Source: Paraphysomonas bandaiensis
Lineage: Eukaryota > Protista > Chrysophyceae
Direction: 5' to 3'
Length of the DNA: 64,000 bases
NCBI GenBank assembly: GCA_965644295.1
Contig: CBFFRP010000150.1
Span: forward strand, 434,001-498,000
The notes under the pieces are model-generated. The model was not told the origin of the DNA. It worked only from the letters and a program-made list of their open reading frames with translations, and searched no databases. Position 1 is the first letter of the stretch. The number at the start of each line of letters is the position of its first letter. Shown piece after piece: positions 1 through 12,390 of the stretch. The translations under genes were made by a program, and so were the position numbers.

Positions 1-148
1 AATAGAAACTAATGAATATGTGCATACAAAGATAATATACACAGAATTCTCAGTAACACAGAACATTATGGTTGCTTTCCAATAGCAAATATTAACACTA
101 ATTAGAGAAGAGGCATATATATTAGTAAATTGCCGTCGTCGATGTATA

Positions 149-886
149 CTACCCACCCACGTCATAGGCATGCAGTTCATTTAGATACTCTCGACCATCT
201 CCTCCTCGAAAGACAACAATAATATTTAAGAAATCAATGTACTCCGCTGTATGCATATTACACTTTGGGGCAATGTCAGAGTGTGGTGTCGGGAGCCATG
301 AAAGTGTATCCACATTGAATCGATGCACATCATTTCCAGCACTTGGGCCACTTTGCAACCACCCTCCAATGATATATATCTCTCTGTAGCATTCACATAT
401 AATGACAAGCAAAATAAAAACTGAACGACATAATACATTATAACATGTACATATTTTATGATATAATAAATTATAGCGTGTAGATATATACCAGTTTACC
501 ACTGACATGACCCCACAATATATTGAAGTGAATAGTATCGTCTTTATTTCCACTAGCTAGACATATTCATCCATATACAACTTCACATATCATATTGTAT
601 CCCATTTCTATACATAATAACACATACAAGTGGTGTACCTGCGCACTAATGTAGCCGTATGACCATTGCGGCGTTCAGGTGGTCTGCCGGACACAGCTAT
701 GCCTCTATTCCACTTATTACACGATATCTGAAATGTTTGCACCACATTATAATTAGTGAGACCATTATATCCCCCAAATATATAGAGGGTATCGTCTACT
801 AGAGTAGCAGTGTGGTTCTTTAGATGAGGGGGGTGATTAGATGAGAGGTTAACTCGATCCCATTTAAGTATTTTATTATTTAACAT
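149..886 (-). CDS. Kelch-repeat protein, 5' part (gene runs off the left edge of the window)
   Basis: Kelch motifs HTATLVDDTLYIFGG, RRNGHTATLV, IYIIGGW and HTAEY..VFRGGDG in two ORFs (608-886, 149-553) separated by an intron. Confidence 0.85.
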
Positions 887-1382
887 GATGACGGGTGATA
901 TGAGGGGTTACACTGTGTATGGAGAGGTATGGAGCTCATGGGAGATGGATATGTGTGTGTGGATTATGAATGATACTGTTGGTTGTTTCTGTATGGGACA
1001 TACAGCAGCAGAATATACTGTACCTCTACAGGCTTTATGATACGGCACAGAGAGTAGGATTCCTGCAGTACTCATATATACACATACACAAGATGTACCT
1101 ACCTACATTCACATATGTACGTATACATACATACTATACTGCTGTGCTGTACATCGATTGTACATACATTCCTACATCCCACACTAGAAACTGAAATTAA
1201 TTGTGAGTTTGACCATTGAAGATTCTATAGTGAAAAAAAAGATGAAACGTTTCATTTTGATAGTTATCTGCTTTTAATTAACGTCTGAGAGTATTATACT
1301 CGTCAGTGCATCAATTGCTTCCTGTAGAGCATATTACAAGCTTATTTTACACGTATCGTTTTTGTTATTATCTGTGGGTACT

Positions 1383-1982
1383 ATGTCACAGCGAGGTCGC
1401 GGACTTTTGGAAGTTAATCCATCTCCAAACCCTTTTTTCCAGACTACATCCTCCGATATTGGGTCCAAAATAGATCAACGAGCGGCTGTTCAGTGGACAA
1501 GACCAGATCTTCCCGAGGAGTATGATGATAATCAAGAGCAATCTCCCCAAAAAAGTACTAAAGATTACGGAGAAGATTTCTCATTTCTCTATGCACGATC
1601 GTCTGATGTCATTGGTGGTAAGTTGGACAAGAAAGTTAGTAAAATGGCCGCTTGTATGGATACCGCACCTTGCAAGCATCGGAAAACGTGCCGTATTTCA
1701 GCAGCTAGTGCGAGGGAGGAAAGTAAAGTTATAAAACAGGATGTTGAGAAGGTTCTGCAGTCGTACAAACACAATCCCAAAGATGAAAATCCTCTGTATA
1801 CAACATCAACAAATGAGTACGGGAAAAAGACCCCAAGTATAGCCACATATGTGTCCGAGAGAGCAAGCCGCCCTCAGGGATTTTCGAAGAGCTTTAACGG
1901 AATTAAACCGAAGAATAGCAGTTTGAACACTTCTCTGACTAAGTCAACTGTTCATCCGAAACTGGATCCACAATTCATGTAA
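1383..1982 (+). CDS. PIERCE1/2-like (DUF4490) axonemal microtubule inner protein
   Basis: C-terminal NPLYTTSTNEYG...PQGFSKSF...KNSSLNTSLTKSTVH resembles the PIERCE/C9orf116 signature; single exon from ATG 1383. Confidence 0.7.
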   Translation: MSQRGRGLLEVNPSPNPFFQTTSSDIGSKIDQRAAVQWTRPDLPEEYDDNQEQSPQKSTKDYGEDFSFLYARSSDVIGGKLDKKVSKMAACMDTAPCKHRKTCRISAASAREESKVIKQDVEKVLQSYKHNPKDENPLYTTSTNEYGKKTPSIATYVSERASRPQGFSKSFNGIKPKNSSLNTSLTKSTVHPKLDPQFM

Positions 1983-2513
1983 TGTTGTTTTGTAAGTTTC
2001 TAAGCATGAGGTTAGCGACGTAGGTATGTAGATAATATAGTGCGAGTTTTCCAATATTTGTATGGAGTCGTGTTTGCGATGTTGGCTTGCTGATATGAAA
2101 ACTCCTCGTCCCATGAATAATATTTATACATAATTCTTTTCACTCCATTAAGAACTTGGCCATTTGTACGACTGACCCAATGTTATATACCAAACCCGTC
2201 ATTGCGTAATATAGTGCGAAGGAATGTGCAACGAGTGCATTACAATGAGAGATATAAACCTAAGTTAATTTAATTTAATCTTTGTCAAGTAATTGTAGAG
2301 TAGCTGAATCTTAGGTCCAACTGTTGGAGCATTGACGCAACAACATAGCTGTCAACCAAACAAGGGATAGAGTTCTATCAAGACTCTAAATATGAATCAG
2401 AACAGAGAATGTGATGAGGAATGAAGTAGCAGTCTATACGTCTGCAGTCTGCACCGCATTAGACTAATATGAACGCAACCTTATTAAAATCTTTCAAACA
2501 AGCTTTGCTCAAA

Positions 2514-2611
2514 AGTACACACAAATTTCATCACATCGTATTTCGACATCGACGAACTGATCAACAGTACACACAAATTTCATCATATCGTATTTCGACA
2601 TTGACGAACTG
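2514..2611. repeat. 52-bp tandem duplication
   Basis: agtacacacaaatttcatcaYatcgtatttcgacatYgacgaactg occurs twice in tandem. Confidence 0.9.
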
Positions 2612-2781
2612 CTAATATAATCATGCACCAGTAAAATTACCACTAACCGCGACTTTATAATAATAAACATCACATGCACCAAGTCGGGTGCAGCTTCCTT
2701 AGCTGATAATACTATAAGAAGCGATAATGTATCTTTGTGACTGTAAATATAATGTTTCTCTATTGTCTTCAATCATATCAT

Positions 2782-4220
2782 TCACAAAATCAAGCACGCG
2801 GGTCCGATATCTCCCACACTTTTTTGGCGTTTGTACGAATGCTTTACCCTGCGTCAAAGATATTCGTCATGCACAAATCCTGCTGGTATAAATATTGCTT
2901 GCAGGGAACATACCTGTTCCATTCATAGAACTCCCACTCCTTTCCTGCATTCCGGGTTACAGATGATCGACCAAGGTGGGATATTTCAAATTGCGCTAGT
3001 TGAAGTTTAAATCCGTCGTTGGGATGGATATATGGCCTGAATATCTCGTCATCAGTACACCACACACAATAAAACTATAGCATTGAAACGGATACAGGAT
3101 ATGCACACGCCACACTGTGAGTAAGCAATATGTGAAATCCTACTTACCGACAGGTCCGTATATGGTTATATGCATGTTTAAGAAATATGTCGTACGTGGA
3201 CATCAAGTGAAGAAGAACTATGGCCACGGACCGAGACACTCCTACGGAAAAATCACAACGGGTTATATTCAAAGATATTAGACACATACCAGACACACAG
3301 TGAACCAGTACACGACCATTAAGCTGCTCCACGCGACGAATAAACGCAACCGACTCCTCATAGAAGTCCATAATGTTAGTGTCAGGCGAATCTATTGTTC
3401 AAAGAACAAATATGTGAGAAGACTACACGTAAATGAATACCGAACAAACCGACCTAGCATATTTACTTTATGATAGATGAATGACCCAGGGAAGTTGTTG
3501 TTGAGTTGGACAGCAACATTAAGAACGTGGGTTATTCCAATGCGACGGAGTATTCCTGCATCGGCTGCATCTCGTTTCGACCCGATAACGATGTGTTTAG
3601 TAATTATACTCTAAATAGAGAGAGGAAACAAATTAAATTACACTGTGCAAGGGAGAATAGAAAAAACGTTCTTGTTATGCATACAAGTTGTAATATTGCA
3701 TTTCAATGCACACATACCGGTCCATCAAGATCAACTAACATCTTTCCACGAGGCTTGTGGTGCCTCAGTGTCTCCGCGTCCGGTCCTTGTAATATCACAA
3801 TACATTAGAAATAGAATATAGGCAGAACAAGTACTTCAGAAGAAATAGCCATCACATTAGCAAATACATTTATAGATATAATGACACTGTAGGGGTGAGT
3901 CGTATCTTACCAGGGTGAGATCTTATAGCCCCGGCGGCGTCTCGAACAATTTTTTTCTCCAAGTCTTCATACTTCGTAGATAACATAAACACAGGGCCAC
4001 AAGTTTCAGGTGTATCCATCATATATCCAACATCTGTGAACAAACTCGAATCATCACGGTGTCTGACTTGAATTCGAGCCACTTGGCGTTTGCTTGTGGT
4101 AATCACATCACCGGTGCTCTTCCTCCGCCGACCACTATCCTTATCACGACCGTTCCTCTGGTTGTTGATTGGACTATTTTTTGAAGAGGAACTAACGAGA
4201 CCATCTGCACCCCGTCTCAT
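2782..4220 (-). CDS. Dual-specificity protein phosphatase, multi-exon, ending in a CaaX box (CLIL)
   Basis: GITHVLNVA, VLVHCVSG/VSRS (HCxxGxSRS) and IHPNDGFKLQL across GT-AG introns; last exon reads ...GPACLIL*. Confidence 0.9.
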
Positions 4221-4926
4221 GCTTCTCAAACCAAACAACAATAGCTACACCCCTGTATTGATATTGTTGTTTATTATGTATTCATGAATATATAATCAAA
4301 CTGTTTATCAGTTAATTCCAATGGCTTACACCATAATACCTCTTTGGTTTGCCTTATAATATACCACAGAGTGGACTAGAGGCATATGGAATGAACTATT
4401 AGTTGGTGTTATTACGTTATGCTTATATATGCCACCTGCTGCTGTATACGCTGTCCATAGTGCACTACGTCGTACCCCTCTGGATGATGGGGAATTGAGT
4501 AGCTCGCGGAAATACCTCACACATAATATAAAACACAGGATTTTAGGACAACTTTCTTCTTGAAATCTGAAAATCCTTTGTTTTTGAGTTTTGTTGGAGT
4601 TTCAATACCAGCAGTATGTACAGCAGAGTATGCAGTGGATCAGTGTATGTATTCTCTATGTACTTATACAGCAGCAGGAGTGAGACCGTAGTTTGAATTT
4701 TGTTTTAAGGTGTATGTATGTATGTATGTATAGCATAAGGAATAGTCGAACACTCCACACTAACACAATATTCATCAAGACATCACTATAGTATAGATTC
4801 CGAGTGTAGTTCTAACAGGATTCTTGACCAGTTAATTCCTTCTAGCAGTTAAATCAATGGAGAGCAAGTAGGTGTTATTATAGATGAGGTGCGCTGTGTA
4901 ATCATAGACACAGAGGTGAGAATAAC

Positions 4927-5837
4927 ATGGCGGCTTTTTTTGTTTCCTGTACGGGTCAAATAGAAAAAGCAGAGGTTCGACTGATCGTTAATTGTGTGTA
5001 TTGCTATTATACTTATATGATATATATTCAGCTTGGAGACTTAGATGACTTATATTGTCGATATGCCTTCCACTTTGGACCCGATTGGACAATAGTTGCG
5101 GTACAAATGAGTGAGAGTCGCATTTTATATGGGGTAAACTTTGTATGTAGGGTATAGACACTGGTGTCTCGCAGATAGCTAAGAACAGTGGATGTGGGTA
5201 TGACTCTTCAGTGGTCTGGAACTTTCCTATAGATGCTAAATTTAAGTCCACAAATCCGTTTGGGTGGCCTCGCGTTGCTGTCAGTGTGAGTGTTAAATCA
5301 TGTGTATTACCTGATGTATATTATGAGTGGCAAGTTTTTGTGGTATATAATGGTCTGCCACTGTGTGTATAGGTAGCAGGTGTGGACTTCCTCGGTCGTG
5401 ATGTAATTCGGGGCTACGGCTCTGCCTTAATTCCCGTCACCCCCGGCTCACATATCGTGGATATAACCGTGTATACTCCTCAGTCATCCTCTCTTATTAC
5501 ACAGTGGGCGTCGTGGTTTTCGGGAAACCCTCCAGAGGTACTCTATGAATGCTAGTCTTCTTCTCATATTGATTATATTGTGTAGTTCTTTGATTCAAAG
5601 TTTGTGTGTCAAAGTGATGGCCGAGAGGTAACACGCGTTCGAACCACAGGAGTTGTGCGACTAAAGTTAAATGTGTCAACGAAAGGTTAGTATGGTGTAC
5701 CCACAATATTTATTTCATACCTTCAGGATATCATTGGCTATATAGTCTTTTGTAACAGAACTTTTGTGTCAGGTATGGAGGCAGTAGGCTACTCCACTAA
5801 ACCATCCAGTCGAAAATCAGCAGCGATTTCATCATAG
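4927..5837 (+). CDS. B9D1: B9 domain-containing protein 1 (MKS transition-zone module), 6 exons
   Basis: Spliced translation LYCRYAFHFGPDW / GVSQIA..VWNFPIDAKFKSTNPFGWPR / GRDVIRGYG / GNPPEFFDSKFV..GREVTRV. Confidence 0.9.
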
Positions 5838-6242
5838 AGTAACTCTGAAAATGAACTAACAAAGACGCTGGTGAGAATTTTCTTACCACGACTGTTGATT
5901 ATATGGGACTAGGTTTGTATGCATACGTAATTACCTCATCATGAATGTGGAACTGATAGTGATACAGTGGTGTATATGTCTGATTTTGAAGTAATTAGCA
6001 TGTTTTAAATTAAAAATATTCTATCCTAGGTATATGTGACTCATTTTATATTTAAATTCAAGGCTCAGTCTCGTAGGCCAGTACTTAGCATGATAGCTCA
6101 ACAAGAAATTATGCATGGTGAAAGAATGAGCTTAGTTACAAGGGTAGTACGCTTATTTAACATATATTTCAGCTACGAATCATATAGTAACCTCAGCGAG
6201 GCCACATATGCACTAACAACTATAAACTTTAACTGTAGTACA

Positions 6243-6503
6243 CTATTATACTTAAATGCAACAATAATGACCTTTTATTCTTCGCGTCATCAGTATATCA
6301 GTATCGCACTCCCACATTCCTCAATCAGATGTTGCCTCTCTTGTACTATCACACTTCCTTTCGACTCACTGTTGCTGGATACAGCGGAAAACCCTTATAT
6401 CCCACTGGTGTTCAACTACACACTCTCTTCCACGTGTTTTCTGCTACTGGCTATTATACTTAAATGCAACAATAATGACCTTTTATTCTTCGCGTCATCA
6501 GTA
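6243..6503. repeat. ~53-bp direct repeat (6243-6295 and 6451-6503)
   Basis: ctattatacttaaatgcaacaataatgaccttttattcttcgcgtcatcagtat present twice. Confidence 0.9.
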
Positions 6504-6882
6504 TCAGATCACCATACTCATAAGGGTATATTGCTGCTTCCCCTGGTTGCTGTGAGGCACACAAGGTAGTCCCAGATGAAAATTGCACAAAATGTATGTC
6601 TAGTCTTAAGCGTTCCAGTGTGGTAGTAATTGACTTATATCACTGCTATCACTTGTCATGCTGTACGTTGTACAGCGTCCCTACATACACATCTATCATA
6701 TAGCGAGAATGGTCGAACCTTGGTGCTTGCGGCGACGCACAAGCAGTTCTCGTAGCGTTACAAGAGTTTACACTAGTAGTTAGTAAATGGTAGATGCTTA
6801 TCTAGCTTGACTAGTTTGGCCATCTAGCTACTAAGCTGGTGCAGATTTTTAATGCCTATTGGTAAATATAAGACTTTCAATA
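6504..6882 (+). mobile_element. 5'-truncated LINE 3' fragment
   Basis: Similar to the reverse complement of 11935-12320; contains the invariant accttggtgcttgcggcgacgcaca and ends ataagactttcaata. Confidence 0.75.
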
Positions 6883-7569
6883 ATAGTATCGGCAGTATTC
6901 TCGTCTGAAGATGCAAATGGTCGTTTTTCCAAGTAACTTGAAAGATCTGATTATGTATCTAGAATTCTGTCAGCAACTGGGTTGACCTAGTTTTATTCCT
7001 TAGACGACTGACTAAATATGAATCCATGAGTAATAACCATTATTGAATATACATAACTATATTGCCTTAAGTATCTCGTAGTAAGCATTAACTGGCTGAT
7101 GTTGGATGCTTGTTTACATGATAACCTCCTAGCAAGTGTTAATAAGTATGATATGGAGTAAGTATCATAGTACTTCAGCTATGATTAATCAAACGAACTA
7201 CTAATCCTTTCAAAATACGCTTTGGTTTCGAAACCAACCGTTTCCAATAATATATTGTTTTGTGTGTGAGGTTGCTACATGCTGTTGTCATATTTGTGTA
7301 TTGTAATTGATATAAACATATGATTGACACTGATAACCCACACAGACAGCAAGATTTCATGACGTTTTCAAAGAGAATTTGAGGACATGCATGAAGATTA
7401 TTGTGTGAAGAGAACGAAGGGTCTACATACATACCTGAGCGGATAAGTCTTGCCTATGCTAATAATATTATATATTATTCTCGGCTCTCTAACTTCATCA
7501 GCTGAGCTATACTGCATTGGTTTCACTTTAACTGCTGTATAACCTCATTGTTCTGTAATTCGTAGTTAT

Positions 7570-7867
7570 CGAGCTTGTGTAACAATTAATTGGTTTTCAA
7601 TTTATTGGCAATAATTGCCAAAATTTAACTAATTGGTATCAAAATTGGTAATGGCACCTAGACACCTTGAAATAAATGTTGATGTTTCTGCATGAAAAGC
7701 GGCATCTTTGGGATGAGATAATTATATAGTTCAAAAAGTTATTCTAAAATCTAGCGATAGAATTGAAGGCAATTGTTGCCAATTAATTGCATTGCCAATA
7801 ATTGAATGCTTGATTAATAATTGCAATTATTATTGTTGTACATCCAATTAATTGTTACGCAAACCTG
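7570..7867. mobile_element. hAT-type MITE (degenerate)
   Basis: Imperfect TIR (ttgtgtaacaattaattgg / ccaattaattgttacgcaaacctg) with subterminal caatt/aattg repeats; related ends at 29843 and 30391. Confidence 0.65.
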
Positions 7868-8168
7868 GTACAATAATTTATGACTAAGTGTATAACTAAT
7901 ATTAACTAGGTTGAATTCTGTATTAATTTGACTAGGCATTTAAACTAAAATTAGCGTGACTAGGTAATATGCATGGCCGGGTTGAATAATATTTCCCAAC
8001 AAATAAAAAGCCATAATGTAGCATTCATGCATTATTCAATTATACGCAGTATTCATGAAGAAGCGTATAAGATAATACATTGGAGTAATCGCAACCTATC
8101 AGACTCAGTACCATTATATATTATTATATTCATTATGAATCGACATACACAACAATTCAAAAACAAAT

Positions 8169-9801
8169 TCATAGTCTATACAATATAGAGTAAGATACAA
8201 AGAACATGATTACAATGCACGAGAAGATATACCCCGATGATATTGATATAGTAGACAAAATAGAGTGACTTTTAGATTTCCTAGCTAGGCCAAAGGTCCT
8301 TACTTTAATTCTATAGTTAGTACGATCTGTGTTGGACTTATTTTTACGAATTTTATCTACACCGTACAAAGGCGTCGTATTAAAAGCCCAGATATAAATA
8401 GCATCCGATCTTAGAAAAGTGTTCATATCATGCTTCATACCTCAAAACAATATTATCAGTATTTTCCATTAGGGTTGCTTATAAAAGTAATTATTGGATA
8501 TCACTCACCTTTCACAATCTTAAATACAGGAATGTACGCATACTCCTGCCAGTACCATTTCAAGTAGCCCATGTATACTAGACCTCTTTGAAGTCTATTC
8601 GTGCCTTGGGCGTTGCTGGAACAATCAACAAGCAGATGGTTGTGAAATGAATCAGGATAAGTGTCACAGCATGTGGAGGGTTCATCGAATGGATTAGCAG
8701 AACACCGTATTGATGAATCAGTCCCATACTGGCAATGTGCACTGTTTTCGAATTCTGTGATTTGGCAGTTGCAGGAATCATGACTACCCAGGACAAAACG
8801 CACATCTCTCTCTCGAAAGGATGCCGTGTGTAGTTCTCGTAACGTATCATTTTTTGCTAGAGTAGCTAGATAGCTGTACCCGTGTAATTCCTCCATAATA
8901 AGTCCATATTTCCATGTGTTATACCTCGGACATAATGACGCCTGATTAGAGCTGTAGGTAATGAATTCTGTGCATGACAGATTTACACCTGTATCTCTTA
9001 GGGGAATACAAGAGGAGTTGGGACGATCACTCGAAAAATACAAATACGATGATGGATCGGATATGATATACCTAATTTTTACGTTATATTTTTTATTAAC
9101 TGTGCCAAAAAGAGAATGTGTGGTAGCCCATGCGTATCTGTGTATCATTTGCCCACCAGCTGAAAATCCCAAGTACACTACGCGTGATAAGAGAGGAAAC
9201 TGGTCGCTGCTAACTATAACTGAATATACACTATCAAGCATATCAAACGAAGATACGCCACTAAATAAGGTTTTATGACCGTCATTGATGACAGCATCAC
9301 CACCAGATATCCAGGATGTATTGCCTAACCAATACAGACTGTACATATTTGACAATGTAGTGTCTTGAGCGGTGTCCTCTACCTCTCCATTTCTCCACAT
9401 ATTTCCACTGATACTTTGATGGAAGAACCACGGAACAATCGCTAAAACACTTTCTTCGAGTCCACGATCTTGTAAAGCTGAAAGTAATGTACAGAAACAG
9501 AAATCTGCAGCTTCATTAAAGCCATGTATTGCAACTATAACAACAGTTATATTGGAACCATTTCTGTTGTATTCTTTATTAGCGTATACGGGAATAAAAT
9601 ACTCTGCTAGCGTATATATCTGAGCGCGTTAGGAGAGTATCCCGTATCATACTTACTGTTATGTGTAGATTCCGATTGTGTTATGTTCATTGGCCACATT
9701 CTTCTATAAGAACTTAAATCCCCACATGTTTCAGTGGAATTAGAGGATACTAACAACAAGATAAACTCTAATATATGAGTGATAGTAATCCCTCTGTACA
9801 T
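8169..9801 (-). CDS. Secreted/membrane-anchored alpha/beta hydrolase (3 exons)
   Basis: Signal-like N-terminus, VAIHG, nucleophile motif GFSAGGQ, DPSSYLY, WKYGL, AQGTNRLQRG, GMKHD, hydrophobic C-terminus; introns 9607-9656 and ~8441-8508 restore frame. Confidence 0.8.
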
Positions 9802-10299
9802 ATGAACTGCTCTGTTACTGTGTGCTTGTATGTGTATAGTGTAGTGATATCGTTTATCATACTCTAGTTACCACAGTCATGGACTAAACACTCAGGTTGA
9901 CCTGATTTCATTTCAATCAAATTGACCTGATATCGAGTGAAGCATGTCTTTATATAAGAATAATGATGCATATCAATCATATACTATCCTATCGAGAGGG
10001 ATTCTATAAGAACTACAGTACATGTGTATACAGCAGTAGGTGTGATATCTAGATATTAGATAAGGGGATATCAGGATATTACATTACATAACCTCTAAAA
10101 AATGAGATTTCTAGATTTCAGGAAAGTAGGATCTTCTAAAAATCTTCTGTTTTGAGGTGTGTAGAAAATGATGCATAGGATACCGAGCAAATGCATCTTG
10201 ATACTAACGCTGGAATGATACCACAGACAGCATCACACCCATATATATGAATGAATTCACATGGCGGCATTTCATTCATAACATATCTCCACTATATAC

Positions 10300-10749
10300 A
10301 TGAAAACACTACCAAGTACCGTTAAAGCCTATAAACGAACATCTACTTTCACCAAAAAAACAGTCCCGAAGGGTTTATTACATCGCCATAACACAAAGGT
10401 GGGAACATGGGGATTAATAGTAGTAGTCAACGGTTCACTGAACTATACTATATTTAATGATGGGAAAACGAGACCTGACATTCGTATTCTCACCCCTGGT
10501 AATCCTGGAGTTATTGAACCACAAGTATACCATAAAGTTGAGTTGCGAACTGATGATACTCAATTTTATGTCGAATTTTACGCCAATGAAGAAAAAGCCG
10601 TGAAGATTCCCGGTTTCATGAAATCATCTACGGTCACTGATGTATCGACGTCTCCAAAATCAAAATTTAAGCCTAGCACAATGTTTCTGTTTAGAAGTAT
10701 CACGTACGCAGCGATTGGTGGTTTTGTAGCGTGGTGGGTATTGCGTTAG
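10300..10749 (+). CDS. DUF1971 / YeaR-TehB N-terminal cupin-like protein with a C-terminal transmembrane tail
   Basis: YKRT..FT..TVP.GLL.RHNTK.GTWG...G.L.Y...VIEPQ..H.VE...FYVEFY pattern; intronless; hydrophobic tail ITYAAIGGFVAWWVLR. Confidence 0.8.
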   Translation: MKTLPSTVKAYKRTSTFTKKTVPKGLLHRHNTKVGTWGLIVVVNGSLNYTIFNDGKTRPDIRILTPGNPGVIEPQVYHKVELRTDDTQFYVEFYANEEKAVKIPGFMKSSTVTDVSTSPKSKFKPSTMFLFRSITYAAIGGFVAWWVLR

Positions 10750-11234
10750 CACATCTTCACTAGTGTGCACACAGCCCCACCCCGTTTAGTATCGCATGGA
10801 TTCTATTTGTTAAGGGTATATTTTGCTAAGTAACTTATAGTTAATAACATTATGACCCCCTCCCAGCTCCTCCATTGTTTATTTATTGGCCACGTTTATT
10901 CGCCCATGCCTAGTGTATAACAACCGCTAGTTCATTCTCCACACGCGGGACCACATTCTAATACTAAAAATTACTTGTAAATACCTCTATGTACATGAAG
11001 TACGATTATGTAGATTACAGTTATAATATTACTACTAAATATTAAGTACTTGGTACTTTTTACTATGATCTATTCAATCGACTCTTTATTAGTATAATTC
11101 GATTCGCATATATTTATTGTTAATCTTTATATGAAAATAGACATCAAACGAATTTTTCTGATATTTCATTGGTCTACAATTAGTTTTTACTTGTTTCTCT
11201 AATCAGGGCTATATATTGTATTGATAGTAAACAA

Positions 11235-11368
11235 CGGGGCTACTAAGGAACTAGGGAACAATATATTGCAATACTATTGTTAGATAGCGCTTCATCAATC
11301 ATATTGATGGAGTTTTTAAACCGACCCAACAATACTATTTCAATATAATATATTTCTCCCTAGCCCTG
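11235..11368. mobile_element. hAT-type MITE, degenerate copy of 15808-15962 in opposite orientation
   Basis: ctagggaacaatata...tttctccctagccctg; flanks gtaaacaa/gcaaacag (6/8 TSD match). Confidence 0.7.
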
Positions 11369-11410
11369 GCAAACAGTTGTGTAAGCATAGTGGAGACTGA
11401 AGACTTAGCA

Positions 11411-11499
11411 CCCTCAAAACAAAGTCTGACTGGCACCTTTTCGTGGTGTTCTGGGGGGATAAGTACCGGAGATATTTCCCCGGGAAACTAACGTGAGCC
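11411..11499 (+). ncRNA. Putative HDV-like ribozyme (copy 1)
   Basis: P3-L3 ACC-UUUUCGU-GGU, P1' GUUCUGG(GGG) complementary to the element 5' end CCCUCAAAAC, P4 hairpin ccgg...ccgg, J4/2 CUAA; P2 partly degenerate. Confidence 0.5.
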
Positions 11500-11934
11500 G
11501 CAAACATAGTCAGCAGATATTATTTTGCCCACTCATAGCCGAATGCTTGTGTGGTACAAGGTACATAGGACACCAATAAGTGTCACTTGTGTACACACCT
11601 TTGGTCATTGACTAGTAAACAGGCATCCGGATATGGGCCCACCTCAAGGGCATCCGGGACAGGGCCCACCTGAAGGGTAACCGGGGTATTGGGCTGCCTG
11701 CTGAAGTCAAGCATCCGGGATGTTCACTTTACGGACTCAAAAAGCCTTAAGTTAGAGGCGGTTGCACCTTGGTGCTTGCGGCGACGCACATGCAGCTTTC
11801 GTAGCGTTAAATCGTAGGATAAAAAAAGTGTGTACTGGTTAGTTACAAGTAGAGGTCTAACTAGTTTGTCTAGCGTTCATCTAGCTACTAAATTGGTGCA
11901 GGTTTCTAATGCCTATTGCTAATAATATATATAT

Positions 11935-12390
11935 ATTGAATGTCTGATTATTTAGCAATAGGCGTTGAAAGCCTGCACCAATTAGTGGCTAGAAGAATGC
12001 TAGTCATACTAGTTAGACTACTACCCGTAACTAATCAATACAAACTCTTTTATCCTACTATTTAACGCTACAGAAGCTGCTTGTGCGTCGCCGCAAGCAC
12101 CAAGGTGCAACCACTTCCGTTCTTAGTGTGTGTTATGAGGCTCGCCATGATCGTGTGTCCTGGGACTCACCGGCGCGTGTGATCTGGAGGTCTCCTCTTG
12201 GGATGAGACTCCACTCGCTATATGATAGATAGCCTTATGTACCTCACGGGGACTGACTTATTAGCCTTATGGCAGTTAGAGGAAACAGTAATATGCCCTT
12301 CTGAGATTGGCGATCTGGTGGCCTTCCTTTAGGCATTGTTCCAAGTGGCTAGGAGGTATGTGGATGAAGGTCTTGCAAAAGGTTATGGCC
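11935..12390 (-). mobile_element. 5'-truncated LINE 3' fragment nested, inverted, in the tail of the 11411 element
   Basis: Reverse complement matches 31245-31550 (gccatgatcgtgtgtcc..ggactcac..cgcgtgt) and the shared tail. Confidence 0.8.

Noticed and set aside
6036-6569. 177-aa ORF
   Set aside because: Runs through a local duplication and a LINE fragment; GTG start; no recognisable motifs
6904-6945. Hammerhead ribozyme core (CTGAAGA...GAAA)
   Set aside because: Required helices cannot be formed around the core
11411-11500. tRNA- or 5S-derived SINE head
   Set aside because: No A/B boxes and no similarity to the 5S gene at 23356-23474
11622-11722. CRISPR-like array
   Set aside because: Only 2-3 degenerate adjacent units with no unique spacers, no cas genes, eukaryotic context
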